From contig CAVRAG010000007.1 of NCBI GenBank assembly GCA_963718895.1, positions 640,001 to 704,000 on the forward strand: 64,000 bases of DNA. Reading direction: 5' to 3'. The DNA is from an uncultured Nitrososphaerota archaeon (GTDB lineage: Archaea; Thermoproteota; Nitrososphaeria; Nitrososphaerales; Gagatemarchaeaceae). The notes beneath the pieces are model-generated. The model made no database searches and had not been told where the DNA came from. It worked only from the letters and a program-made list of their open reading frames with translations. The translations under genes and the position numbers were made by a program. Of the stretch, positions 8,995-18,296 are shown piece by piece (the stretch's first letter is position 1; each line of letters begins with the position of its first letter).

Positions 8995-10485
8995 CTATCC
9001 CTTGAGCCAGCCCAGCTTCACGAAGACGTACGTCACGAAGGACATGCTGATCACGAGCACAAGGACGACCTCCCACAGGTAACCCGAGTACGGCACGTCG
9101 AGCAGGTTCATCCCGAGCAGTCCCCCCACTGCCGAAGGGATGACCGACATGCTCGTAATTACCGCTAGGATCTTGAGTATCTTGTTGGTCTCGAAGGAGG
9201 TCTGGTTGATGTAGAGGTCGATCGTGGAGTGGATGTTGTTGACCAGGTCTTCCGCTATCTCGTTCAGGTAGGAGACCCCGTCCTGGAGCACGTGGAAGTC
9301 CTCCTCGGCCTCGCTGTCGAACCCTTCGAGGGGGACCTTCTGAGACTCTATGATGCTGAGGAGCTCCTTGAAGTGAACCAGGTTCGATACCAGCCTGGAG
9401 ACCTCCTTGTTGAGGCCGTAGACTCGCTCAAGGAAGTCTCGGGGGAGCTTGGACCGGGGGGTCCCCCCGATCCTGATCACCTCAATCTCGATGTCGGACA
9501 GCACCGACCTGTACTCCCCGAGGGTCTGATCGAGCAGCGCGTAGAGGACAGATACAACGAAGCTTGTCTCTTCCCGGCGACGCACCGACTCCATGACTCC
9601 GGAGAAGACGTCGAGCCCGTGACGGGAGACGGAGATTATCTTCCGTCCCGTGCAGATTATGATCATGCCCGAGCGAGAGATCGTCAGGAAAGCCTCGGGC
9701 CTGTCGGGGTACCTTACCTTGCCTGACTGCAAGAAGATCAGGGACACCTGCTGGACGTAGTCGACGTGCGGGAAAATCTCGTCGACCAAGTCGATTTTGA
9801 AGTGCGGCTCGGGGACCTGGACGAGCGCGCTCAGCCTCCTGACCCCCTCTTGCGTGAGGTTGCGGACGTCGAGCCACTCCTGGCTTTCGTCGACCAGATG
9901 CGACTTCAGGTCGTCCCAGGTCAGGTGGTCCGTCGCCGTGAGCGTCTGTGAATCCACGACTCGTATGACGGTCTCCACTTCCTGCCTCGATTCCAGCGCG
10001 ACGCCCTGGCTCGTCTGCATCCTGCTCCCTAGGGCCCTCCCACCCACTGCCAGCGCCCTTGGGAGCCTGAGCAACCTAAGCAACAACGAGGGTGAGCCGC
10101 GGGTACTGAGACCGAGGGCTGGAAGGTACTGAATGAACGGCAGGACGACGATCACAAGGTCGACGAGGTGCCAAGGCTCCTTGAAGTGGGCCAACCTGTC
10201 CTTTGCGAGATACAACTTCGAGGTGTACTCGGCTACGAAGAGCACAATTATCGCCCAGTCGCAGATGTCGAGGAACTCGATGGCTGACGAGGAAAGATCG
10301 ACCGCGAACGGGATGAGGATGATGGGGAGGATTGCGAAGGAGAGAAAGACCATGAACCTGTCCGAGAGGATCGAGTTGACGGTGTCCCTCAGGTTCTTCC
10401 GGGGGTCGCCTTCTGCGACGAAGAGCGACCGAGCAAGGAGACCGTTGTCCTTTGGACCACCGTCGACGTTTCCCGCATTGGACAT
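8995..10485 (-). CDS. corA: CorA-family Mg2+ channel with N-terminal voltage-sensor-like (S1-S4) domain
   Basis: Start ATG 10485; S2 LFVAEY, S3 WHLVDL, S4 RLLRLPR; then CorA soluble domain (WLDV, FPHVD), NKILKIL and the GMN signature. Confidence 0.85.
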   Translation of the reverse strand: MSNAGNVDGGPKDNGLLARSLFVAEGDPRKNLRDTVNSILSDRFMVFLSFAILPIILIPFAVDLSSSAIEFLDICDWAIIVLFVAEYTSKLYLAKDRLAHFKEPWHLVDLVIVVLPFIQYLPALGLSTRGSPSLLLRLLRLPRALAVGGRALGSRMQTSQGVALESRQEVETVIRVVDSQTLTATDHLTWDDLKSHLVDESQEWLDVRNLTQEGVRRLSALVQVPEPHFKIDLVDEIFPHVDYVQQVSLIFLQSGKVRYPDRPEAFLTISRSGMIIICTGRKIISVSRHGLDVFSGVMESVRRREETSFVVSVLYALLDQTLGEYRSVLSDIEIEVIRIGGTPRSKLPRDFLERVYGLNKEVSRLVSNLVHFKELLSIIESQKVPLEGFDSEAEEDFHVLQDGVSYLNEIAEDLVNNIHSTIDLYINQTSFETNKILKILAVITSMSVIPSAVGGLLGMNLLDVPYSGYLWEVVLVLVISMSFVTYVFVKLGWLKG

Positions 10486-10636
10486 TATCTTGGCTGACGA
10501 CCGGTGTCTAGATTGCGCTGGATAAAAACAGAGACCGTCCGATCCGCGGTCCACGGCCGGGGCGTCGGAATCCTGACCGCAGCCGACTTTCAACACCATT
10601 AATAGACCTCCGCCAAGGGGGCGCTCCCGACCCGAG

Positions 10637-11263
10637 ATGGGGCTGAGGAGCTGGCTAGTTCCGGAGGACAAGGTGTTCTTCGACCTGCTCGAGCAGGAGT
10701 CGAACAACGTCGCGAACGGGGCGAAGGTGCTCGAGGAGATGATAACTCAGTTCGACAGGCTGGAGCAGAGAAGAGCCGAGCTGAAGGAGATTGAACACAG
10801 GGGAGACGAGATAGTCCACGAGATCTACGAGAAGGTCAACTCGTCATTCGTGACGCCAATCGACCAGGACGACATAACGAAGCTCGCATCGCTCTACGAC
10901 GACGTCCTAGACTTCATGGATGCGGCCGCAAACCGCATCGTGCTCTACGAGGTGAAAGAATCGACCGAGGCCATGAAGCAGTTCGCAAGGATAGTGGCAC
11001 GCTCGGTGGCGGAGATCCACACCGCGTTCGTCGCCATGAGGCACCGTGGGGGGGACGAAATCGACCAGAAGTGCATCGAGGTTGACACCCTGGAGAACGA
11101 GGCAGATGTCATTCTGAACGACAGTGTCGCGAAACTGTTCAAGGGCAGCGACGTGATACAGATCATGAAGCTGAAGGAGATCTACGAAGAGCTGGAGATC
11201 GTGACGGACAAGTGCGAGGACGTCAGCCAGGAACTCCGGGACATCGTAAGGCGCTACACCTAG
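10637..11263 (+). CDS. DUF47/PhoU-like phosphate transport regulator
   Basis: EHRGDE, FVTPIDQDDI, LENEAD and TDKCEDV motifs; directly upstream of pit. Confidence 0.92.
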   Translation: MGLRSWLVPEDKVFFDLLEQESNNVANGAKVLEEMITQFDRLEQRRAELKEIEHRGDEIVHEIYEKVNSSFVTPIDQDDITKLASLYDDVLDFMDAAANRIVLYEVKESTEAMKQFARIVARSVAEIHTAFVAMRHRGGDEIDQKCIEVDTLENEADVILNDSVAKLFKGSDVIQIMKLKEIYEELEIVTDKCEDVSQELRDIVRRYT

Positions 11264-11274
11264 GGGCCCTCGAG

Positions 11275-12264
11275 TTGTTCACGGTCTTCGTCATAGGAAT
11301 AATAGCTGTCGCCTTCTCGTTCGACTTCGTGAACGGCTTCCATGACGCAGCCAACTCTATCTCGACCGTAATCTCCACCAGGGCGCTATCCCCCCCGGCG
11401 GCCGTCGGCCTCGCGGCGACCTTCAATTTCGTCGCTTTCCTTGTCTTCGGCTTCGCCGTTGCAAGCACGATAGGCTCCGGGATCATCGCTTCTAGCGCGA
11501 TCAACGAGTACGTCATCCTGGGGGCCCTCTTGGGTGCCATATCATGGGACCTGATCACCTGGTTCTTCGGCCTGCCCACGAGCTCCTCGCACGCGCTCAT
11601 CGGAGGGCTCATCGGAGCCGGGGTGACGGAGGCGGGCACCGGGGTCCTCGTGGTCGCGAGCCTGAGCAAGACGCTCACCTTCCTGGTCGCGTCGCCGCTG
11701 ATAGGGCTTGCAGTTGCCTTTCTCTTCATGACCCTGTTGCTCAGGGCTTTCCGACGATTCTCCGCCCGGCTCGTCAACGGATACTTTAGGAGGCTCCAGC
11801 TTCTTTCCTCGAGCCTGGTCAGCCTCGCCCACGGCAGCAACGATGCGCAGAAGACGATGGGCGTCGTGACAGCGCTGCTCGTCTCGACCGGCAACCTGTC
11901 GAAGTTTAGCGTGCCCCTCTGGGTCGCGATAATGGCCAATTCCGCCATAGCCCTTGGGACCCTGTTCGGAGGATGGAGAATCGTGAACACGATGGGCTTC
12001 AGGATCACAAAACTCGACCCGGTCCACGGATTCGCCGCTGAGACGACCGCGGCGGGGGTGATTATGACATCTTCGCTGCTCGGCATCCCGGTGAGCACGA
12101 CCCATTGCGTGAGCGGATCCATCATGGGAGTTGGCGCCACGAGGCGGCTCACAGCGGTTAGGTGGGGGGTGGCGAGGAGGATCGTGTGGGCGTGGATAAT
12201 CACGATCCCAGCATCGGCGGCGATCTCGTGCGTAGCCTACCTGGCGATAGTCCGCGTCGCCTGA
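11275..12264 (+). CDS. pit: PiT-family inorganic phosphate transporter
   Basis: GFHDAAN, PTSSSH, HGSNDAQK and PVSTTH signatures; start uncertain (TTG 11275). Confidence 0.93.
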   Translation: MFTVFVIGIIAVAFSFDFVNGFHDAANSISTVISTRALSPPAAVGLAATFNFVAFLVFGFAVASTIGSGIIASSAINEYVILGALLGAISWDLITWFFGLPTSSSHALIGGLIGAGVTEAGTGVLVVASLSKTLTFLVASPLIGLAVAFLFMTLLLRAFRRFSARLVNGYFRRLQLLSSSLVSLAHGSNDAQKTMGVVTALLVSTGNLSKFSVPLWVAIMANSAIALGTLFGGWRIVNTMGFRITKLDPVHGFAAETTAAGVIMTSSLLGIPVSTTHCVSGSIMGVGATRRLTAVRWGVARRIVWAWIITIPASAAISCVAYLAIVRVA

Positions 12265-12439
12265 GTCCCTCCCGGACATTCCGACCGAGCGGCTTGCGAG
12301 GCCGCGAGGGGCTGCGTCGAGCCTGTCTTTCCTCCCAGCGAACGGGCCTCATTGCCATCGAGAGTCGGCCCAGCGGGCTCCTGGAGCTGCTCACCTGAGG
12401 CAGAACCCGGACGTCCTGGCTCGAGCGTTCGGACCGCAT

Positions 12440-13339
12440 CTACTGCTTCACCAGCTGGATATGCACCTCTCCCACGTGCGCGTCCAACTCAGTCTCCGTG
12501 GGAAAGGTCGCCCCGCATGTGGCGCACCTGAACATGGCCTCGGTCGTCGGGTCCGCGAACATCCTGAGCTCTCTCACGAGCTTGTCCCGCTCCTCGTACA
12601 TTACCATGTGTCCGCTCCCCTCGAACCTCACGAGCCTGGAGCCCCTGATGACCTCAAGCTGGGTCCTAGTCGACTCGAATGGGACCGCCCGGTCGAAGAC
12701 TCCGTGGCAGATCAACGTCGGCATCGCGATGCTCTCCATCTCGGCTGTCAGGTCCCTGTCCCTGAGCTCCTCCAGGCCCTTCACGCTCGCGCGCAAGGAG
12801 GCAGACGTACCAATCCCGACCAGAAAATTCAGAAGCTCCGGACTGGGAGGCGTGTGGAACGCGTTCGTGATGAAGCCTCGGTCGAATGCCGCCTGGTCTG
12901 CGAGGACGGCCCTTATCGCCTCTTCCTTGGCCTGTCTGCGCTCGGGCGTTGGAGCGGATGAGGGCACTGGCGCGCCGACCAGCACCAGTCTGGACACCCT
13001 CTGGTCCGTGTCGTGGTGGGCTGCGAGGTAGGTGGCAATCGCCCCTCCCATGGAGAAACCGACCAGCGTCACACCCCGGAGGCTCAGGCCGTGGATCACA
13101 GCTTTGACGTCTGAGGACCAGGTATCGTAGTCGTTGCCCTGCCAGGGTTTGTCCGAGGCCCCAAAGCCCCTCAGGTCGATGCCCACGGTCAGGAAGCCTT
13201 CTTCTGCGAGCGCGCTCATCTGGTACTCGAAGATTCGGTGGCCAAACGGCCACCCGTGGATGAACACCACCGGTTTTGCGTTGGCGTCTCCCCACTCCTG
13301 GACGAAGATCTGGACTCCGCCGACATCAATAGAGGGCAT
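12440..13339 (-). CDS. Alpha/beta hydrolase (non-heme haloperoxidase-like) with C-terminal C2H2 zinc finger
   Basis: HGWP, DLRGFG, GFSMGG, HG..D and SGH motifs; tail FRCATCGATFPTETELDAHVGEVH. Confidence 0.88.
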   Translation of the reverse strand: MPSIDVGGVQIFVQEWGDANAKPVVFIHGWPFGHRIFEYQMSALAEEGFLTVGIDLRGFGASDKPWQGNDYDTWSSDVKAVIHGLSLRGVTLVGFSMGGAIATYLAAHHDTDQRVSRLVLVGAPVPSSAPTPERRQAKEEAIRAVLADQAAFDRGFITNAFHTPPSPELLNFLVGIGTSASLRASVKGLEELRDRDLTAEMESIAMPTLICHGVFDRAVPFESTRTQLEVIRGSRLVRFEGSGHMVMYEERDKLVRELRMFADPTTEAMFRCATCGATFPTETELDAHVGEVHIQLVKQ

Positions 13340-13595
13340 TGGTTATCTACATATCCAGGTCGATGGTCGCGGCGTCCTCGTCGTCCCGGGGTGCCTCTTG
13401 GTCCGCGTCGTCTCCCCGGCCAGCCGAGCCTCTCTGGTGTTTCTCGGTCCTCATGCCCAACGGGCTAGGATTGGCACGTACGGCCTTGTGCCTGATGGAA
13501 CATTCGACTGGGAGCGGCATACTCGCCGATCTGGCCTCGGGAACCCGTCCCGAGAGATTCACAACCCTTATCCTCAGAACGGCTCAAGGCGAGCT

Positions 13596-14228
13596 GTGCG
13601 TGTCGCTCTGTTCGGAGCCACTGGCGCCATCGGCCGGCACGTCCTGGACCAGCTGCTTGAGCAGGACTATGAAGTGAATGTACTCGTCGCTGACCCCGCC
13701 AGGCTTCCGGGAAAGGGCGGGAAAGCGACCGTGGTCAGGGGCGAGATAGTTGATCCCGAGGCGATTGGTCAGACTATCCATGGATGCGAGGCCGTGATAG
13801 ACACTCTAGGGGTGCGGGCCAACACGCAGGCGGAGGTGAATCGGCTTCTTGAGGTCATGAAACTCATACTCAAGACGATGACGAATGACGGCGTCAGGAG
13901 GTTCATCGGTGTCGCAGGAGCAGGGCTAAGCATCCCGGGTGACGAGACGGGAATCGGCTACCGGGTGGCCGCGTTGTCCTCCAAGATAACCTTCCGCCAC
14001 GGCGTGGAAGAGAAGCAGAAAGAGTTCGAGCTCGTGAGCAAGAGCGGGCTCGACTGGACCATCCTCAGGCTCCCTGTCACCACCGACGGTCCTTTGACCA
14101 AGAGGTATGAGGCGGACCCCAGAAGGCCGCCCTCCAGCAGGATATCCCGGGAAGACGTCGCGTTCGCCCTCGCCTGCCAGCTGCGGGACCGCAGGTTCGT
14201 CGGCGCGGCTCCCTTCGTCGGAAACTGA
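13596..14228 (+). CDS. Atypical SDR/NAD(P)H-binding protein (BVR-B-like)
   Basis: VALFGATGAIG, SGLDWTILR and ISREDVA motifs; GTG start 13596. Confidence 0.88.
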   Translation: MRVALFGATGAIGRHVLDQLLEQDYEVNVLVADPARLPGKGGKATVVRGEIVDPEAIGQTIHGCEAVIDTLGVRANTQAEVNRLLEVMKLILKTMTNDGVRRFIGVAGAGLSIPGDETGIGYRVAALSSKITFRHGVEEKQKEFELVSKSGLDWTILRLPVTTDGPLTKRYEADPRRPPSSRISREDVAFALACQLRDRRFVGAAPFVGN

Positions 14229-14487
14229 CTCAGGTCATGCCGACGGCCACTGCGCCTCGGCGGGACCTAGGAAGAGGGACCACGATTGCTGGAGGACGGG
14301 ACAGGTCATCTGGCAGAGCATCGACACGGCCGGCTCAGGCCTGAAGAAGGACCACGTTGGTCGAAGAGGACACCAAGAGAGCTGACCTGCGGCCTGAGAT
14401 GGTCGCTGCGCCAGCAACAACTAGGGACACTGGCACGAAAGCCCTCCAGAGGATGTCGGCCGCAGGCCCTCGACGTCGAGGTATGGG

Positions 14488-15165
14488 CTAGCGCCTGATT
14501 CCGCCATCGGCGAGGTGATGCTGGCCACTGGCTAGCGCGGCGGCGATGAGCTCGAGCCGGTCAATCCACCCAAGGCCCAGGTCGAGCTCCTCCTTGAACC
14601 GCAGGGGAACGATTGGGACCTTCTTGTCCACGATGTAGGAGTAGTCTGGCTTGAAGTCAAGTGGGTCTCCCCAATCCCACTCCGCTACCTTGATCTGCTC
14701 GTCGCCGTAGACTTGAACCACGACGGTGTTAATCGTCAACTCCGCATAGTGGCTCCTTACGTAGACCGGGAGCATCTTCCCGTCCACGTCCGCCTCTCTC
14801 GGGAGCTTCTTCTCTACCTCGGCCGGCGGCAACGTCACGTACGGCGTCAGTAGTTTGCAAATCTCCTCACAGCCGTCCTTCGTAGTTAGAATCTCCAGAT
14901 GGTCGGTCTTCACGTGGACCCCCTTGATTATCTCTCCCGCGTCACCCGAGATGGCCCATTTAGCGCCCAGGTCCTTCAGCTCCCCGCCGAGCATGATGAC
15001 GACCTTGAGGAGGTGCGCCGGCAGATACGCGACCTCTTCGGGTTTTGGGACTCTGCTCTCAAAGACCGGGATATCAGCCGACGGCCTGCCGGGAATGTTC
15101 ACCAGTGTCTTCGGAGAAGGCATCCCCCCTCCTTTCGGAGGGGGAGATAATACCTCTTCCGTCAT
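14488..15165 (-). CDS. Nucleotidyltransferase-fold-like protein
   Basis: ATGA overlap with the GMC gene; WAISGDAGEIIKGV..TDHLEILT resembles the G-[GS]..DxD region of NTases. Confidence 0.55.
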   Translation of the reverse strand: MTEEVLSPPPKGGGMPSPKTLVNIPGRPSADIPVFESRVPKPEEVAYLPAHLLKVVIMLGGELKDLGAKWAISGDAGEIIKGVHVKTDHLEILTTKDGCEEICKLLTPYVTLPPAEVEKKLPREADVDGKMLPVYVRSHYAELTINTVVVQVYGDEQIKVAEWDWGDPLDFKPDYSYIVDKKVPIVPLRFKEELDLGLGWIDRLELIAAALASGQHHLADGGIRR

Positions 15166-16964
15166 ACGAGCGGTCCCGGGCTCTTGAGGTACTTCTCGAT
15201 TCCGTCGACCGAGACGTAGGCCATCGGGCCTATCGCGTGAGTGCCCGGTGTGACAGTCGAGCCGGTCGTGTTCTGAAGCTCGCCGGCGGCGAACACGTTC
15301 GGGACGTCCCATGACTGGTGCCACATGTTGTAGCACGAGTAGGAGGGGTCTGCCCCGAGCCTTCCTCCGCCCCTGATGTGGATGCTGTAGCTGCTCGGCT
15401 GGTTGTTGCCGTTTGCCGCTGGCGCCCCGAGCGTGATGTTGGCGCACCCCATCTTCGTCAGGATGGGCTGAAGCAGCGGGGTGATAAGGTTGGCCACGCC
15501 CACCGAATTGTTGTTGTAGGTCTCGGTGAACCTCGTGAGCGGGTCACCGTAGTAGTCGCTGTAGAACGGGTCCAAGTCGAAGAGCAGGTCGGTTGTGGGG
15601 ATTGTCACGCCGCTCCCGGACAGGCTGACCGTGGTGGACGAGTGGATGTACTTGTTCTTCTGCGTCGCTTTCCAGGCGCTACCAATGGTGTTGGCGGTGC
15701 CTCCGACTGCGGTCGAGACGTCGCTGGGGGCGTTGCCCGTGTACGAGCCGACCGAGATTGATGGCCCTCCTATTCCCGGCTGCGCCATCCCGGTGTGGTC
15801 GATGTTGTCGTCGGCGAAGTCGTAGATCTGGTAGCCTCCGCCCGCTCCGTTCCCGGCCTGATAGCTGGCGTAGCCGATGGGGAGGGTTCCCGAGACGCTC
15901 CGTCCTGAGCCTGAGCTCCCATTGTTGCATCCGCCCCTGCCGAGCGCGCCGGTCACAGTCGTGGGGTTGTACTGCTTCCCGATTCCAGACTTGGCCAAGA
16001 TGTTGTACGCGTTGAAAGGCCAGAGCCCATTGAAGATGACCGTTCCAGGCTGGACGTGGACGTTCCCGGCGGCATCGTAGTAGCTGACCGAGGTCGCCTG
16101 ACCCGACGTCTGGTTGACGTTGATTCTGAAGATGTAGCTGTTGAGCGCAAGGCTCAGCTTTCCGGTTGCCACACCTGCCGTCACAGCGCGGGCTGCCGTG
16201 TTCGCCTTGGCGCCGGTCTCGCACGGGTAGCAGGGTAGGCACGAGCACCACCCATCGTAGACGCAGGCGTTCACGGCGATTCCGTAAGAGTTCATGTACG
16301 GCTGCGAGGCGAGAGCCGAGACCACAGGAAATGGAGTGTAGCCGAGCGATTCTGCGGCCGCCTGGAACGCGCTTCCGAGCGGCGTGGTCGGGTGCGGCGG
16401 GAGTGGGAAGTTCTTGTCCATCGGGACCAGGGGGCCCATGTTTGTGCCCGACACGCCCCAAGCCGCTTCGAACGCGTCGTAGTAAGGCTCCATCTGGGCA
16501 TAGGTGTAGGGCCAGTCGAAGAGGTCTGCGTTGGGTACGGTCGTCGACAAGAAGTTAGGTCCGTACCTGCTAGCGGTCGAGGAGGCCTCGGTGTAGTTCC
16601 AGGGCCCGGTGCGGTTGAAACCACCACTGTAGTGGTGCGCCGCTCCTCCCACCCCGTGCCCGTTGGCGGGGAATTGGCTGACCGTGTACCTTCGGATCGG
16701 GAGTGCGAACTGGGTGCTGTAGTTGCGCATCGTGGTGGTGAAGAGAGGCAGGGGATGGTCGAACTTCTTCATGATGGTGGTCCCCCACTCGTCGTACTTC
16801 GTCTGGGCGAAGTCGGTCGAGTAGTCCCAGAACGGACCCTTGTCTATTCCGGCCACTGTGTGGCCGTCCACCGCCAGCTGGGTTGCGACCAGCCCTCCCA
16901 TCGTTCCGAGGCCCATCACGACGACGTCCACGGCGGGTTCAGTGATTACGGTTGACATCTCCAT
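15162..16964 (-). CDS. GMC oxidoreductase, gluconate 2-dehydrogenase flavoprotein-like subunit
   Basis: GLGTMGG, GGAAHH (FAD-attachment region), DWPYTY.MEPYY, Cys cluster CVYDGWCSCLPCYPC, H..GG.RLG.DP. Confidence 0.88.
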   Translation of the reverse strand: MEMSTVITEPAVDVVVMGLGTMGGLVATQLAVDGHTVAGIDKGPFWDYSTDFAQTKYDEWGTTIMKKFDHPLPLFTTTMRNYSTQFALPIRRYTVSQFPANGHGVGGAAHHYSGGFNRTGPWNYTEASSTASRYGPNFLSTTVPNADLFDWPYTYAQMEPYYDAFEAAWGVSGTNMGPLVPMDKNFPLPPHPTTPLGSAFQAAAESLGYTPFPVVSALASQPYMNSYGIAVNACVYDGWCSCLPCYPCETGAKANTAARAVTAGVATGKLSLALNSYIFRINVNQTSGQATSVSYYDAAGNVHVQPGTVIFNGLWPFNAYNILAKSGIGKQYNPTTVTGALGRGGCNNGSSGSGRSVSGTLPIGYASYQAGNGAGGGYQIYDFADDNIDHTGMAQPGIGGPSISVGSYTGNAPSDVSTAVGGTANTIGSAWKATQKNKYIHSSTTVSLSGSGVTIPTTDLLFDLDPFYSDYYGDPLTRFTETYNNNSVGVANLITPLLQPILTKMGCANITLGAPAANGNNQPSSYSIHIRGGGRLGADPSYSCYNMWHQSWDVPNVFAAGELQNTTGSTVTPGTHAIGPMAYVSVDGIEKYLKSPGPLV

Positions 16965-16970
16965 CAGCTC

Positions 16971-18236
16971 CTATGGGGACCCCTTCTGGAACTGCCCCAA
17001 GCTCACTGGCTTCAGTATGGGAGGCTTTGTCATGAGCATTATCTGCTTAGTCGTGTAGCCCTCCCCGTAGAAGTTGCCCATGTTTACGCCGTTGTTGCCC
17101 GTGAGGATCCAGCCGACCATCCCCTTGTTGCCGCCATACATTGGGTCCATCGTGAACCCGCTGTAGACCATGAAGAAGAGCTCGTAGAAGAAGTCAGAAG
17201 GCAGTATGTCGTTGAACGCTGCCTGCTTGGGCACGTTGTTGTACAGGTCCTGCAGACACTTGACCTGGTTGGCCGATGACAGGGCCTCGAAGTTGCCGCC
17301 GTACGCGCTGTTCGCGTATGACTCGAGCGCCTGGAGACCAAGGTGCCAGAAGTATCTCAGGTTGAAGTTGTATTGATACCGCATCCCGTTGTCGGGGACC
17401 GTCTTCATCGTTCCGGCGGAGAAGGTGGTGTTCGTCCCTACGGTGTAGGCCTGGCCGTTCGCTGCCGTGAAGATTCGGGGTGTCTCGCCCGGCGTGACCG
17501 GAGTCGTCAGGTCGTGCTGGATGAACGGGCCCTGCATGTACATGTGACCGCTCGTCCCGTATTTCCCCGCCAGCTGGCCATCGATGAAATAGGCGCAACC
17601 TGCGTCTGCCCCTCCGGGACCATTGCTGTCCGTCGGTATGAAAGTCTCGGCAATCGCGTTAACGAGTGGCACTTCGTTAACCCCGAGAATCTGAAATGCG
17701 GCATAACTGTCGACCGCCGCCTGCAGCGTACTGGCCGTCGCGTTCGCGCTCGACACTGAAGAATTCAGGGATGTGACCTGGCCGCTGAGGCTCGTAATCT
17801 GCCCGTTGGCGCTCGTGAGGGCCTGCTGGGTCGCCGTGAGCTGAGCATTTGCGGTGCTCAACTGCGCACTCACCCCACTCAGCTGCGAGTTGGCGCTGCT
17901 GAGCTGAGCCTGGGTCGAGGTCAGCTGGTTGTTCAGCGAGGAGACCTGCCCCTGCGCCGAGGAGAGCTGGGACGCCGTCGAGTTGAGCTGGGCCTGCGTA
18001 GACGAGAGCTGCTCCTGGGTCGAAGAGAGCTGACCCTGCGTCGAGGAGAGCTGGTTCTGCAGAGCCGCGACCGAGCTGCTCGAGCTGCTGTTGTTTCCAC
18101 CTATCACGCTGCCGTAGTAGGGTACCTCCACCACGGTTGCAATCGCGGCACCCGCGACAACGCCGGCGCCGATCTTTAGGAACGTCCTGCGGTCAGCAGG
18201 TTTTGGCTGCCCGCCAGACTGGCTGCTGTCTGCCAT
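16971..18236 (-). CDS. Gluconate 2-dehydrogenase subunit 3-like protein with Tat signal and coiled-coil insert
   Basis: DRRTFLK twin-arginine motif plus hydrophobic helix; FIPTDSNGPGG..FIDGQLAG and DPMYGGNKGMVGW motifs; ATG 18236. Confidence 0.87.
   Translation of the reverse strand: MADSSQSGGQPKPADRRTFLKIGAGVVAGAAIATVVEVPYYGSVIGGNNSSSSSSVAALQNQLSSTQGQLSSTQEQLSSTQAQLNSTASQLSSAQGQVSSLNNQLTSTQAQLSSANSQLSGVSAQLSTANAQLTATQQALTSANGQITSLSGQVTSLNSSVSSANATASTLQAAVDSYAAFQILGVNEVPLVNAIAETFIPTDSNGPGGADAGCAYFIDGQLAGKYGTSGHMYMQGPFIQHDLTTPVTPGETPRIFTAANGQAYTVGTNTTFSAGTMKTVPDNGMRYQYNFNLRYFWHLGLQALESYANSAYGGNFEALSSANQVKCLQDLYNNVPKQAAFNDILPSDFFYELFFMVYSGFTMDPMYGGNKGMVGWILTGNNGVNMGNFYGEGYTTKQIMLMTKPPILKPVSLGQFQKGSP
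17703..18071 (-). repeat. Imperfect 21-bp/heptad repeat region (QLSSTQx) encoding a coiled coil
   Basis: About 17 heptads visible in the translation and as recurring GAGCTG spaced 21 bp apart. Confidence 0.85.
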
Positions 18237-18284
18237 GCGCAATACATATGTTATATTCCTATATACAGAATATGCCAACCATAC

Positions 18285-18296
18285 GTTGTATACAAC
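18285..18296. promoter_or_regulatory. Perfect palindrome GTTGTATACAAC upstream of the dehydrogenase operon
   Basis: 12-bp palindrome in an AT-rich promoter, 49 nt upstream of ATG 18236. Confidence 0.5.

Noticed and set aside
10030-10360. Hv1-type proton channel or K+ channel
   Set aside because: No RxWRxxR in S4, no evident mid-S1 Asp, and no pore helix or TxGYG filter
10486-10707. N-terminal extension of the CorA ORF
   Set aside because: Overlaps the divergent DUF47 gene and its promoter; ATG 10485 fits better
13340-13595. Short ORFs in the divergent gap
   Set aside because: No recognisable features; probably promoter DNA
14229-14487. Small ORFs or RNA between the NAD-binding gene and the NTase-like gene
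   Set aside because: No motif, convincing start signal or recognisable RNA structure
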